Positions 1-8,668 of a DNA stretch of 32,000 nt are shown piece after piece; positions within the stretch are counted from its first letter, which is position 1; every line of letters starts with the position of its first letter. Location of the stretch: NCBI RefSeq assembly GCF_002803295.2, contig NZ_PGGB02000008.1, positions 1-32,000 of the forward strand, in the 5' to 3' direction. The DNA comes from Caedibacter taeniospiralis. Its GTDB lineage: Bacteria > Pseudomonadota > Gammaproteobacteria > Francisellales > Francisellaceae. A program made the position numbers and the translations under genes. The notes below the pieces were generated by a model. That model searched no databases, had not been told where the DNA came from, and saw nothing but the letters and a program-made list of their open reading frames with translations.

Positions 1-1
1 A

Positions 2-133
2 GGTGTCGATGATGCAATGATTCAACCATATTCAGGACATGAAAGCAGAAAATCATTAGAAATATATTCAAAACTGTCTCTTTCTGATTGCCAGGGAGAA
101 TACGAAGAGCAGATAAAATCATTTCCTATCTGA
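2..133 (+). CDS. Tyrosine recombinase / phage-type integrase, C-terminal end only (5' truncated by window edge)
   Basis: Frame 2 reads [43 protein letters not shown] with the [13 protein letters not shown] box typical of the catalytic His/Tyr end of tyrosine recombinases. Confidence 0.8.
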   Translation, partial: GVDDAMIQPYSGHESRKSLEIYSKLSLSDCQGEYEEQIKSFPI

Positions 134-1743
134 AGTGGCGGCTCAGCGCACGAACCTTAACACATGTCCTGTTTATCAAATCTAAAAAACACTCCGATAG
201 AAATAAAGCCTATATCTTACAATCAGCTCAGGCAAACCCTGATAGTTTGGAGGCTTTATGCCAGTACAAATACGAAATCATTCAAAAGACAGAGTACAAG
301 TATACAAAAACGCATATCGTTTCACCGAATGTTATTCGTCGAGTGTACGAAAATTACAATAAACATAGCAGCCTTTCTCAATCTGACTTGGTTAATTATT
401 TTGATGGTATTTTGACGTCTGCAATTAATCAAAATGCTTCAGATATTCACATTAAAGTAATGCAGGATTCTGCAGATGTATCTTTTCGAGTGCATGGTGA
501 GATTATTCATCATTCACGCCACGATGCAGAACACATGCATAAAATGATACTTTCCGTTTATAACGGTCAAGGCGCCGAGGGACAAAAAGATCAACAATTT
601 GACTTAGGAGAAAAGCAACAAACGATTATTGAAAGACATATAAACAATAGAATGTATCGTATCCGCTTTATGTCTTCTAAAATAGTTGCTGCAAGTAATG
701 ATGATTTACACAAGCGATATTATATTGTTGCACTAAGGCTTTTATCATCAGATGCCTCTGCGATTAAAAATATTCATGACTTGGGTTACACCGAAATCCA
801 GTTGGAGTCGTTAAATCGAGTATCATTAGCGCCAAGCGGGGGAATTGTTTTTTCTGGAACCACAGGTTCAGGGAAATCCACCTCTTTGGCAGGTCTGATT
901 ATTGAAATATTATCTTACTCAAAGGGTAAGAAAAAAATTATCTCAGTAGAGTCTCCTGTTGAATATGTTATTAATGGAGTTGATCAGTTGGTTGTACATG
1001 AGTCTGCGGGGATGAGTGAAGAGGAAATTACTGAAGAATTCAACAAAGCACTAAAGGCATTAATGCGCCTAGATCCCGATATTATTTATTGCAATGAAAT
1101 AAGAAACAGCACAACAGCTCTATTTTCACAAAAAGCCATACAATCTGGGCACCTATTTTTATCCACCGTTCATGCCCAGTCAGCTTTGGGGGTAATTGAG
1201 CGGCTTGCCCGCATAGAGATGGATCTTGATCTACTGTGTAGTATTGGCTTTATTCAACTGGTTGTGCACCAAACATTAATACAAAACTCATGTCAGTATT
1301 GCAGCAAAAAAATATCTGATTTAGAAATTACTGAAAAAAACAGTTTAAAACATTTAATTGAAAGGATTGAAAAGGTTGTTGATACCTATTCATTACCCGA
1401 AAATAGCCTGCAAAAAATTCGCTTTCGCAATGATTCAGGTTGTAATCAATGCAATCAAACGGGCGTTGCTGGCAGAACGGTTGTTGCGGAGATGTTATTG
1501 CCTAATATAGAAATTTTGAAACTCATACGTGAAAAAAGGACGGTTGATGCTTACAACGCTTGGCGAAACCATGGATTTAACACAATTTTAGAACATGCAA
1601 TAAGCAAACTATTCCATGGAGAGATATGCCCGCTGGCACTAGAAAGTAAATTAGGCTTTATTGACTCAGACATCAACAAAGAAAACTTAACAAAACAAAA
1701 ATATAAAGAGATTTACAGTAAATTAGTTGGCAGTGATACATGA
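88..1743 (+). CDS. PilQ/PulE-PilT-type secretion ATPase of an IncI-like thin pilus
   Basis: Walker [17 protein letters not shown] motif, Walker B-like [25 protein letters not shown], zinc-binding CxxC pairs. Followed directly by PilR/PilS/PilV-like genes. The true start is uncertain because the ORF overlaps the recombinase 3' end. Confidence 0.8.
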   Translation: MPGRIRRADKIISYLKWRLSARTLTHVLFIKSKKHSDRNKAYILQSAQANPDSLEALCQYKYEIIQKTEYKYTKTHIVSPNVIRRVYENYNKHSSLSQSDLVNYFDGILTSAINQNASDIHIKVMQDSADVSFRVHGEIIHHSRHDAEHMHKMILSVYNGQGAEGQKDQQFDLGEKQQTIIERHINNRMYRIRFMSSKIVAASNDDLHKRYYIVALRLLSSDASAIKNIHDLGYTEIQLESLNRVSLAPSGGIVFSGTTGSGKSTSLAGLIIEILSYSKGKKKIISVESPVEYVINGVDQLVVHESAGMSEEEITEEFNKALKALMRLDPDIIYCNEIRNSTTALFSQKAIQSGHLFLSTVHAQSALGVIERLARIEMDLDLLCSIGFIQLVVHQTLIQNSCQYCSKKISDLEITEKNSLKHLIERIEKVVDTYSLPENSLQKIRFRNDSGCNQCNQTGVAGRTVVAEMLLPNIEILKLIREKRTVDAYNAWRNHGFNTILEHAISKLFHGEICPLALESKLGFIDSDINKENLTKQKYKEIYSKLVGSDT

Positions 1744-1746
1744 TGA

Positions 1747-2856
1747 GTGTATTCAATTTATTCAAACAAAGGCAATAACCAAATGAAAACCAAAAGCAAG
1801 CATAACTCGCTAAAGCTCTGGTGTTTAAAGCTACAATTTAGTTTGAAACGTCGGCTTGATGTTTATGAATTAATTGAAATGATTCTTAAATCAGGGGTTA
1901 GCATTGAGGATAGCCTAAGGCAAATTATTTATAACTATAAAGTCTATGCCCGCTCTTTGCTTGATCCCAATAAATTTATCATAGAAATATTGGAGGATGT
2001 GTATTATCGCTATACTCACCTGGGAATAACTTTTGCAGAGGCTTTTTCTCTTTATTTACCAACCGAGGAATTCATGATTTTATGTTCCAGTAAAGATAGC
2101 GGCAAGTCCCTCTCAGACGCTAGAGAAATTGGGCAAAAACTCAAGCTGTTAAAACAAATGATTCTAAAAAGCCTAATCAAACCAACTATGTATATCAGTG
2201 CCTTGATTGGGATGATGTTATTTGCAAATTTTATATTATTGCCAACCATTATTGATTCAGTTCCTCCTGACATGCTGCCTGAGTTTACCGTTCAGTTTTA
2301 TTATTTCAACTCATATATTGCCAGGCATCTAAGCATTTTGTGTCTAGGTTTATTATCATGTATCGCCTTGTACAAATATACTGCCCCGCGTGTAACAGGA
2401 ATCATCCGCTCTGAAGTTTTAGATAAAATCATTCCCTTTTCGACCTATAAGAATCTGCTCGCTGTCAAGTTCATGATAACGCTGGCAGCAATGCTAAGCA
2501 ACAAGCAGAATTCTGTCGTCCATACACTGAAATTCATCAAAAGTAAAGCAAATTTTTACCTTTCAAGTCATATAGACGAAATGTTGAAGTTTTTACATGC
2601 TGGTTGCAATTCGGGTGATGCTCTTGCAAAATCCAGTCTGTTTAGTAGACAGCTGTCTTGCGTTCTTGCCATTTACTCTAATTTAGGAAAGTTTGAGTTT
2701 GGCATACAACAGCTTGCTAACGAGTATCTTAATAAACAAACGGCTTCAATTAAGAGAATGTTAAGTTTAGTTGGAACAATCACAATGCTATTAACAGCCG
2801 TGTATATCGTTTGTTTTATGTGGGCGATATACGCAATAGGTGTTCATGCTATGTAG
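1747..2856 (+). CDS. Type II/IV secretion GspF/PilC-family inner-membrane protein (PilR-like)
   Basis: Hydrophobic segments, placement directly after the ATPase, motif GVSIEDSLRQ..., LAAMLSNKQ, duplicated-domain layout typical of GspF/PilR. Confidence 0.7.
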   Translation: MYSIYSNKGNNQMKTKSKHNSLKLWCLKLQFSLKRRLDVYELIEMILKSGVSIEDSLRQIIYNYKVYARSLLDPNKFIIEILEDVYYRYTHLGITFAEAFSLYLPTEEFMILCSSKDSGKSLSDAREIGQKLKLLKQMILKSLIKPTMYISALIGMMLFANFILLPTIIDSVPPDMLPEFTVQFYYFNSYIARHLSILCLGLLSCIALYKYTAPRVTGIIRSEVLDKIIPFSTYKNLLAVKFMITLAAMLSNKQNSVVHTLKFIKSKANFYLSSHIDEMLKFLHAGCNSGDALAKSSLFSRQLSCVLAIYSNLGKFEFGIQQLANEYLNKQTASIKRMLSLVGTITMLLTAVYIVCFMWAIYAIGVHAM

Positions 2857-2904
2857 CTTGAAAAGAAAAGCTTAGGACCAAATCTCCGCTCAAACAAAAT
2901 AAGC

Positions 2905-3000
2905 ACTGTCATTCCCGCGAAGGCGGGAATCGAGTTTTCAAATACCCTTAACAATTTCGCGCAGGGTGACGGTGGGCGGGAAGATGGTCAGAGCCAAAAG
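2905..3000 (+). repeat. Dispersed repeat copy 1 (GTCATTCCCGCGAAGGCGGGAATC ... AGGGTGACGGTGGGCGGGAAGATGGTCAGAGCCAAAA)
   Basis: Conserved left and right blocks recur at 29451-29555. Contains hairpin ATTCCCGC-GAAG-GCGGGAAT. Confidence 0.85.
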
Positions 3001-3056
3001 AAATGAGTTTCAGTCTCAAACAAATAACTTTTATAACATTAAAACAGGAGAAAAAA

Positions 3057-3578
3057 ATGAATATAGTAGAAACAAACACACAAACGGTGTTGGGACAAAA
3101 AAACAGTTATCAGCAACAAGGTTATTCGTTGCTTGAGCTGATGATTGTACTTGCAGTGATTGCAGGCTTGGTGGCAATTGCTGTGTTCACGGCTCAGGCG
3201 TTGTGGAGTTCCAGCAACAGTGCGAAATTATTTCAAGGACTATCAAACCTGGACCAAAACATTAACATGACATATGGCTCTGACTATTCACGTGTGACCA
3301 TAGAGAACCTAATTAAGATCAAAGCAATCCCTAAAGAATTAGGGGTTAGCACAGATAACAAAAATATTTTAACTCCATGGGGTGGTACCATAAGTATCGA
3401 TACTGCTACCGGGAAGTATAGCTTTTCTATTCCCGCGTCAGCCTGCCCCAAAACAGTGCCTTTATTCTTTGGTAACGTAGTCACCTTTGAAATTAATAAG
3501 ACTGCGGCACCAGCGACGCTAAATGAGGCAATGACAAGCTGTAGTGCCACTCCAAATCTTGCCGTGTCATTTATCTGA
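3057..3578 (+). CDS. Type IVb prepilin (PilS-like major thin-pilin)
   Basis: Prepilin cleavage/TM motif QQG-YSLLELMIVLAVIAGLVAIAVF. Start at 3057 preferred over 3003 because an AGGAG lies just upstream. Confidence 0.75.
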   Translation: MNIVETNTQTVLGQKNSYQQQGYSLLELMIVLAVIAGLVAIAVFTAQALWSSSNSAKLFQGLSNLDQNINMTYGSDYSRVTIENLIKIKAIPKELGVSTDNKNILTPWGGTISIDTATGKYSFSIPASACPKTVPLFFGNVVTFEINKTAAPATLNEAMTSCSATPNLAVSFI

Positions 3579-4773
3579 GCTTTGCAATACTAAAATGACT
3601 TACCAATTAAAGGAAAGACATCGTCTCACATCCAAAACACGTCGTAACAGTGGATTTGTTTTACTTGAAATGGTGATAGCTGTCACCATCGCAGGATTGA
3701 TGATGATTATGTATTATTGGCATGAGCAAGCCGAAAATCAAAAAATTGAAGCAGCTGATTTGGCTAAAAATATTGTGCAATATACACAAGCTGTTTCTGA
3801 ATACATTGCTGATTACCCAGGAAAGCTTTCAAAAACAGGAGTCAGTTGGCTGATAGCTGCGCATAGACCACCAACAACAAATGAGTCCTATTTACCTGCA
3901 AATTTTACCTTAAATTCACCGTTATGGAGTTACACAGACAACAACATAACAACTAATATTTCAGCAGCCAATACTGCTAATGCTGAAATTCAGGTGACTG
4001 GTTTTGCCACTGCACTGTCAGGAGCAATGGTCGCCAAAGCAGCAAGATCCTTATCAGCCAAAGAAAGCAGTCAATTTTCCTATACTTATCTGCCACAAAA
4101 TGCTCAGATAGATATCCGCTTCATCTCGAAACAAAGTAATTCAGAGACAGACTGGTTAAGCATTACTGGCAAAAACAGTATGGAGTCAAGTTTTAATTTT
4201 GATGACTCAAAACCTGACAGTGATCATCAAATGAATAATGTTAGCACCATTAATTTTACGAATAATCATAACTCGATTGGCTCGATCTCAGCAGTAGATG
4301 GGCAGCTTTCTATTGGAACTAACAGCAACAAAGTCACTTTAGGCAGTGTTAACTCAACCAATCTATATGCCAATGATATCTACCTGAGCACGTTAAATGG
4401 CGAAACTATATCACAAGCAATTCATAATCAAAATCCAGGCAATACGTCAATTAAAACTTTTGATCTTTATTACGAATTCAATCCTGTTATCGCACCAGAC
4501 ACAATAACGTTAGTGTATAGCTTAGACCTCAAAGGTTGCTATGTGGAAAAAGCATACCCAACAATAAATGACTCATCACCTTATTTTGTACTGACTCCTG
4601 TATACAAACAAGAGACATCATATAAAAGTGAATACACAGAGAATAATTGGCTAGTTATAACCCTTTCCATTAAGGGGTTACGTTATCACGTGTATACACC
4701 TAGATCCAGCACATTTGCAACAGTATATGTCTTTTGTACTCAATCATCTATAACTGTGAATCCCCAAAAATAA
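3544..4773 (+). CDS. PilV-like minor pilin/adhesin
   Basis: GFVLLEMVIAVTIAGLMMIMYYWHEQ prepilin-type N-terminus, long variable C-terminal region, position directly after the PilS-like pilin. Initiator probably lies a little downstream of 3544. Confidence 0.65.
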   Translation: MPLQILPCHLSELCNTKMTYQLKERHRLTSKTRRNSGFVLLEMVIAVTIAGLMMIMYYWHEQAENQKIEAADLAKNIVQYTQAVSEYIADYPGKLSKTGVSWLIAAHRPPTTNESYLPANFTLNSPLWSYTDNNITTNISAANTANAEIQVTGFATALSGAMVAKAARSLSAKESSQFSYTYLPQNAQIDIRFISKQSNSETDWLSITGKNSMESSFNFDDSKPDSDHQMNNVSTINFTNNHNSIGSISAVDGQLSIGTNSNKVTLGSVNSTNLYANDIYLSTLNGETISQAIHNQNPGNTSIKTFDLYYEFNPVIAPDTITLVYSLDLKGCYVEKAYPTINDSSPYFVLTPVYKQETSYKSEYTENNWLVITLSIKGLRYHVYTPRSSTFATVYVFCTQSSITVNPQK

Positions 4774-5082
4774 ACCTAAATCGCTATTTTGAAATAAATA
4801 TAAAAATATGCTGAGCACTTTGTAATCATATGTACTATCCCCAAGGAAATCGCAATTTATAATGTTATGGTGTTATACACAATACGCCCCTAGGCGCAAT
4901 ACGCCATGCTTGGCGAAGATATCGCCAATACCCACTTCCCTGCCTGGAAATATTCCTGGCAATTAAGGACGATTCGTCCATTTTTAAACGCCTTCATAGA
5001 GGTTCCATTTAAAGCGATTACAATCGACAGCGTCCACAAAATAATGTGTACATCAATAAGTAATTAATCAAAGGAGAAATCA

Positions 5083-6177
5083 ATGAAATTTAAGCAGCTT
5101 CAACTGTTCATAGCACCTTTATCTATAGCAGTTATAACAGCGAATGTATCTTATGCAAACTACACGCAATCACAAGAAACACCCGTTGATAAAAATATCA
5201 TTAGCCAGACCTTACAAAGCTTTTCAACGGAAAGTTTATCGGGCAATCCTGAGAGTATTAAACAGTTGACTGCATTTTATAATGCTGCAAAAAGTAAGTC
5301 ATATATCCATACCATTACGACAGGTATATCGTTTGCCGATTTAATCATTAAGGAATATCCAGTTTACAGTAAGGATGTCAATGTAACAGAAGCCAGTCAA
5401 CAAACAACAGATGCAGGCAAAGAACTCTATCAAGCGCTGCAAAACATCAATACATTGCCTGTTATGGATCAGCATCTGTTAAATTATAAGAGTGCCTTTG
5501 ACAAGGCATGGCAGGCGCGCGTTGCATTCTGGAAAAACGAAAACAGCAGCGAGCAGGCACAAGACTTTAATCATTTTGTAAATTACATGATGATTTATGG
5601 TTTGGCAAATATCCAAAAGCAAGGTATGGATCATGCCAAGGACAGCTATGTCGAAATTAATGCCATGGCTTATCAGCTGCAGATTGATGCTCAAAGTGCT
5701 TACGCTAAAATCAAGCAAAGCGCCATTGACGACATCTATAACGTTACCCCTGAAATTTTAAAGTCAAACATAGCTTTGTTACGTCAAAATGCAACAGCTT
5801 CAGGCGTCACGCAGGCTGTTATTGATGTTAATGGCGCGCTGGAATCAGCATTGAACATTAACATACCAATCAAGGTTTTTGGTGTGACAATATTCACCTT
5901 GAAATTACCGCAAAGTGTTATTGATTTCGCTCATAATGCCGAAAACAAAACCGGGCTGACCGACAGTTATCAAGCACTGATGTTCATCATGAAAACAGAC
6001 TTGACAACAATAAGTAATTACGAAGCTATTGCAAAAGCAAGTGATAAAAATGTATTTGCCAAACTGATCGTCTCTCTTGCACAAGCGACCGCTAAACACT
6101 TTGCTGTAACACCTGAGCAGGCGTATTGGGCTATTTTGAATCAAATTTCGGTACAGCTTAACGCACATATCCATTAA
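5083..6177 (+). CDS. Exported protein of unknown function
   Basis: N-terminal signal peptide (MKFKQLQLFIAPLSIAVITANVSYA), AGGAG RBS upstream, long continuous ORF. Confidence 0.7.
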   Translation: MKFKQLQLFIAPLSIAVITANVSYANYTQSQETPVDKNIISQTLQSFSTESLSGNPESIKQLTAFYNAAKSKSYIHTITTGISFADLIIKEYPVYSKDVNVTEASQQTTDAGKELYQALQNINTLPVMDQHLLNYKSAFDKAWQARVAFWKNENSSEQAQDFNHFVNYMMIYGLANIQKQGMDHAKDSYVEINAMAYQLQIDAQSAYAKIKQSAIDDIYNVTPEILKSNIALLRQNATASGVTQAVIDVNGALESALNINIPIKVFGVTIFTLKLPQSVIDFAHNAENKTGLTDSYQALMFIMKTDLTTISNYEAIAKASDKNVFAKLIVSLAQATAKHFAVTPEQAYWAILNQISVQLNAHIH

Positions 6178-6262
6178 AAGCACCTGGAATAGAGGACAGA
6201 TTAAACGGGACGCATTCCAAATTTGTGGACGCTAAATTCCCCTTCACTTGTGAAGGGGTGGA

Positions 6263-6298
6263 CGCACGCCTGACCACTTTAAAGTGGTCAGGCGTGCG
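6263..6298. repeat. 36-bp perfect palindrome
   Basis: CGCACGCCTGACCACTTT|AAAGTGGTCAGGCGTGCG, with no spacer. Confidence 0.95.
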
Positions 6299-6308
6299 GA
6301 CGGGGTAG

Positions 6309-6498
6309 TCATTTCATTTGCATCATTTTATCTTTCAGCTGTTGATGCAGATATGCCAAAACTCCTGTCAAATTTTGTTTAATATCAATGTCCAAAATAT
6401 GAATAATCAACAAGTCAAAACTTTGTCAATAAGCTTCTCGTTTCATATCGTATTTGACCTTAACGTCATGACTAGTCCCATCAATTTCAATGACAACA
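6309..6498 (-). pseudogene. Remnant of DUF559-family (endonuclease domain) gene, C-terminal half
   Basis: Minus-strand frame reads VVIEIDGTSHDVKVKYDMKREAY*QSFDLLIIHILDIDIKQNLTGVLAYLHQQLKDKMMQMK*. This matches the family pattern 'LVIEIDG..H....YD.KR.AYL...G..V.R....ev..n..gVl..i' but carries an internal stop. Confidence 0.65.
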
Positions 6499-6911
6499 CC
6501 TAATAGTCACAATATCATTGATTATATACTACCCCGTCAGCCTCACGCGCAGAGCTTGTGGCGTTCAAAGCTAAAGAAGCAAAACTGTTTGCTTCTTTCG
6601 GGCGCTTTTCACCCCCTTCACTTGTGAAGGGGAATTATACCCACCTTAGCCCACAAATTTAGACATTACGTCTGCCATTTGTCAGGAGTATTTGCAAGTG
6701 CGAATAATCGCTATAAAATTCTTCGTATTAGAAGAATGTATAAAAGTTGCACCAGCTTCTTGATCTATTCCCCTGGGGGAGCGATCGCATTCGGTAGTAA
6801 TGCGGGCAAGTGCAGAGGTAAATCAAAATTCCACTTATTTTTCATTCATTACATAGCATTGGAAATTATGTGGGGTTTTGTTGAAAATAAATCAAACGTG
6901 GGATAAAACAA

Positions 6912-7325
6912 ATGAGTAAACAAAGAGCAGTGCTAAAAATCTTATTAGGACTCGGTCTGATTCTGTTGGGGGTAGGAATGACTTTTGCCGGAGATGATGG
7001 CGGAGGATACTCAAACGGCAATTTTTCCGCCTGGGCTAAAAATCTGGTTAATGTGATTGGGGAAGTCGAATCGTTTATTCAAATAGTGGCAACTTTAGCA
7101 GGGATGTGGTTTGTCTTTTCGGGGTTGAATCTTTTCAGAAAACACCATACCTCGCAAGGTGCGCAAGGGGAGCATGTTAAAAACGGCATTGCCCATATGA
7201 TGATTGGGGTATTTTTAATGTGTTTGGTGCCTGCCATTCAAATGATACAAAGTACTATCATGTCTGGCGCTGGAGAAAGTAAGGCACAAAAAGTGTTTGA
7301 AGTAAAATCAGACAACTTCCAATAA
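6912..7325 (+). CDS. IcmC/IcmD (DotE/DotP)-family small membrane protein
   Basis: Signal/TM at the N-terminus, then two hydrophobic segments flanking a polar FRKHHTSQGAQGEHVKNG loop. Located directly upstream of dotD. Confidence 0.55.
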   Translation: MSKQRAVLKILLGLGLILLGVGMTFAGDDGGGYSNGNFSAWAKNLVNVIGEVESFIQIVATLAGMWFVFSGLNLFRKHHTSQGAQGEHVKNGIAHMMIGVFLMCLVPAIQMIQSTIMSGAGESKAQKVFEVKSDNFQ

Positions 7326-7394
7326 TGTGATATGAAACTCATATAAATGCGGGCAGATTCAGTTACTTAATTTACCTAAAATGAGCAAATAGTA

Positions 7395-7904
7395 ATGATA
7401 AAAATTAAATCATGTTACAAAAATTCGATATCTACCTTAATCTGTCTGTGTCTTTTAGTTTCAATATCAGGCTGCGCGAGTGATCAGACTGTAACTGGTA
7501 AAACTGACTATGAACAACTTCTTTTGCAAGAAATTAATGATTCAAGTCAGGGCATTAGCCATAGTCTACGCGAGCTAAACGCGCTAGCAAATCCCTATAA
7601 TGTGAAAATTGATTTACCTTTTACTGAGATAAAAGATAGTGCATTACAAAAACGGGCTAAATTAAGCTGGTATGGCGATATAGAACCTTTATTGAGGCAG
7701 GCTGCCTCCATGATTGGTTACCAGTTTCAAGTATATGGTCAAAAACCAGCGCTCCCCGTATTGATACAGATAGGTTCACCAGAATATCCAATGATAGGAA
7801 GCATAAGGTATATTTTGCAGAATATTCAGATTCAAGCCAGGTCCGAAGCGTATATTTATATAGATAGTGAGCGTAAACTCTTAAGCGTGAGGTATACAGC
7901 ATGA
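7395..7904 (+). CDS. dotD: DotD / TraH-like outer-membrane lipoprotein of the T4BSS
   Basis: Lipobox LVSISGCAS, N0-like C-terminal domain (YQFQVYGQKPALPVLIQI...), synteny dotD-dotC-dotB. Confidence 0.8.
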   Translation: MIKIKSCYKNSISTLICLCLLVSISGCASDQTVTGKTDYEQLLLQEINDSSQGISHSLRELNALANPYNVKIDLPFTEIKDSALQKRAKLSWYGDIEPLLRQAASMIGYQFQVYGQKPALPVLIQIGSPEYPMIGSIRYILQNIQIQARSEAYIYIDSERKLLSVRYTA

Positions 7905-8668
7905 TATATGCCCCGCCTGCAGAATATAGCTTGAATGATTTAAAAAATATTAATCAGATAGTACAACAAACCGGTCAAACTGAAAGCCTGACTGTCAGGC
8001 AGGAAGCAATTCAAGAAGCGGCAACGGTACTTGGTGCTCAAGCTGGGTTAAGATCGATAAGTGATCGGATTGATAAATTTCTAGAAAGTCGAGTAGCTGT
8101 GCTGGATACCATTTATAATTTTAATCAATTATTACTCCCTCATCATATTTTGCCACCAGTAATCTCTGCCAACTACAATACGAGCACTCTCGCAGAAAAC
8201 AGTTTAAGCTTAAGCATTAATGGCGAGGCATACCATATTGTTAAGCCTGCAAAATTTGTTGTTACCCCTCCCACCTGGCGTGATTATCTGTTTATGAGTT
8301 ATGCTAAGCCCAGGCTCCCCGATCCCGGTTTATTACCCAAAAACAATGAAGAGCAGCAGATATGGGATAAAGCGATTGAGTCAGCCTGGCAAGATGGTGT
8401 TAAGCAGGGCATGTCCATTTTTCAAACTAACATGCATTACTTGACACGTGATTTTCAGGGAATGCTGCTATTTAAGCAAATGATTATAAAAGGCATGATT
8501 ACAATGCCTCAAGTATCCATAAAGCAATATGGTGTCACGGGGGATAACAGTAATCTGGTCATAGATAATAAGTTGTGGAAATTAAATCAGAACGCTCAGT
8601 TTAACTTAAATGCCACTCAATGGCAGCCAGTGTTAGCAGATGAGGTGGCTAATGGAACAGGCAAGTAA
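7901..8668 (+). CDS. dotC: DotC / TraI-like T4BSS protein (no visible signal peptide)
   Basis: Motifs YSLNDLKNI, RQEAIQEAATVLGAQAGL, PPVISANYN, TWRDYLFMSYAKPRLPDPGLLPKN, EEQQIWDKAIESAWQDGVKQG. Overlaps dotD by 4 nt. Confidence 0.85.
   Translation: MIYAPPAEYSLNDLKNINQIVQQTGQTESLTVRQEAIQEAATVLGAQAGLRSISDRIDKFLESRVAVLDTIYNFNQLLLPHHILPPVISANYNTSTLAENSLSLSINGEAYHIVKPAKFVVTPPTWRDYLFMSYAKPRLPDPGLLPKNNEEQQIWDKAIESAWQDGVKQGMSIFQTNMHYLTRDFQGMLLFKQMIIKGMITMPQVSIKQYGVTGDNSNLVIDNKLWKLNQNAQFNLNATQWQPVLADEVANGTGK

Larger units (their letters stand above)
6217..6662. mobile_element. Nested inverted-repeat element containing a DUF559-like endonuclease remnant
   Basis: Paired arms: AAATTTGTGG (6219-6228)/CCACAAATTT (6651-6660); AATTCCCCTTCACTTGTGAAGGGG (6235-6258)/CCCCTTCACTTGTGAAGGGGAATT (6613-6636); ACGGGGTAGT (6300-6309)/ACTACCCCGT (6528-6537). 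Confidence 0.55.

Noticed and set aside
164-415. 83-aa ORF overlapping the pilus ATPase
   Set aside because: Out of frame inside a well-supported ATPase gene, with no RBS or recognisable product.
3544-5082. R64-like shufflon downstream of pilV
   Set aside because: No sets of short inverted repeats or alternative pilV 3' ends could be found between 4100 and 5080. Only short CAATACGCC direct repeats are present.
6679-6906. 75-aa ORF upstream of the IcmC/D-like gene
   Set aside because: Composition and position look like non-coding flank. No recognisable motif, and it ends just before the real gene.
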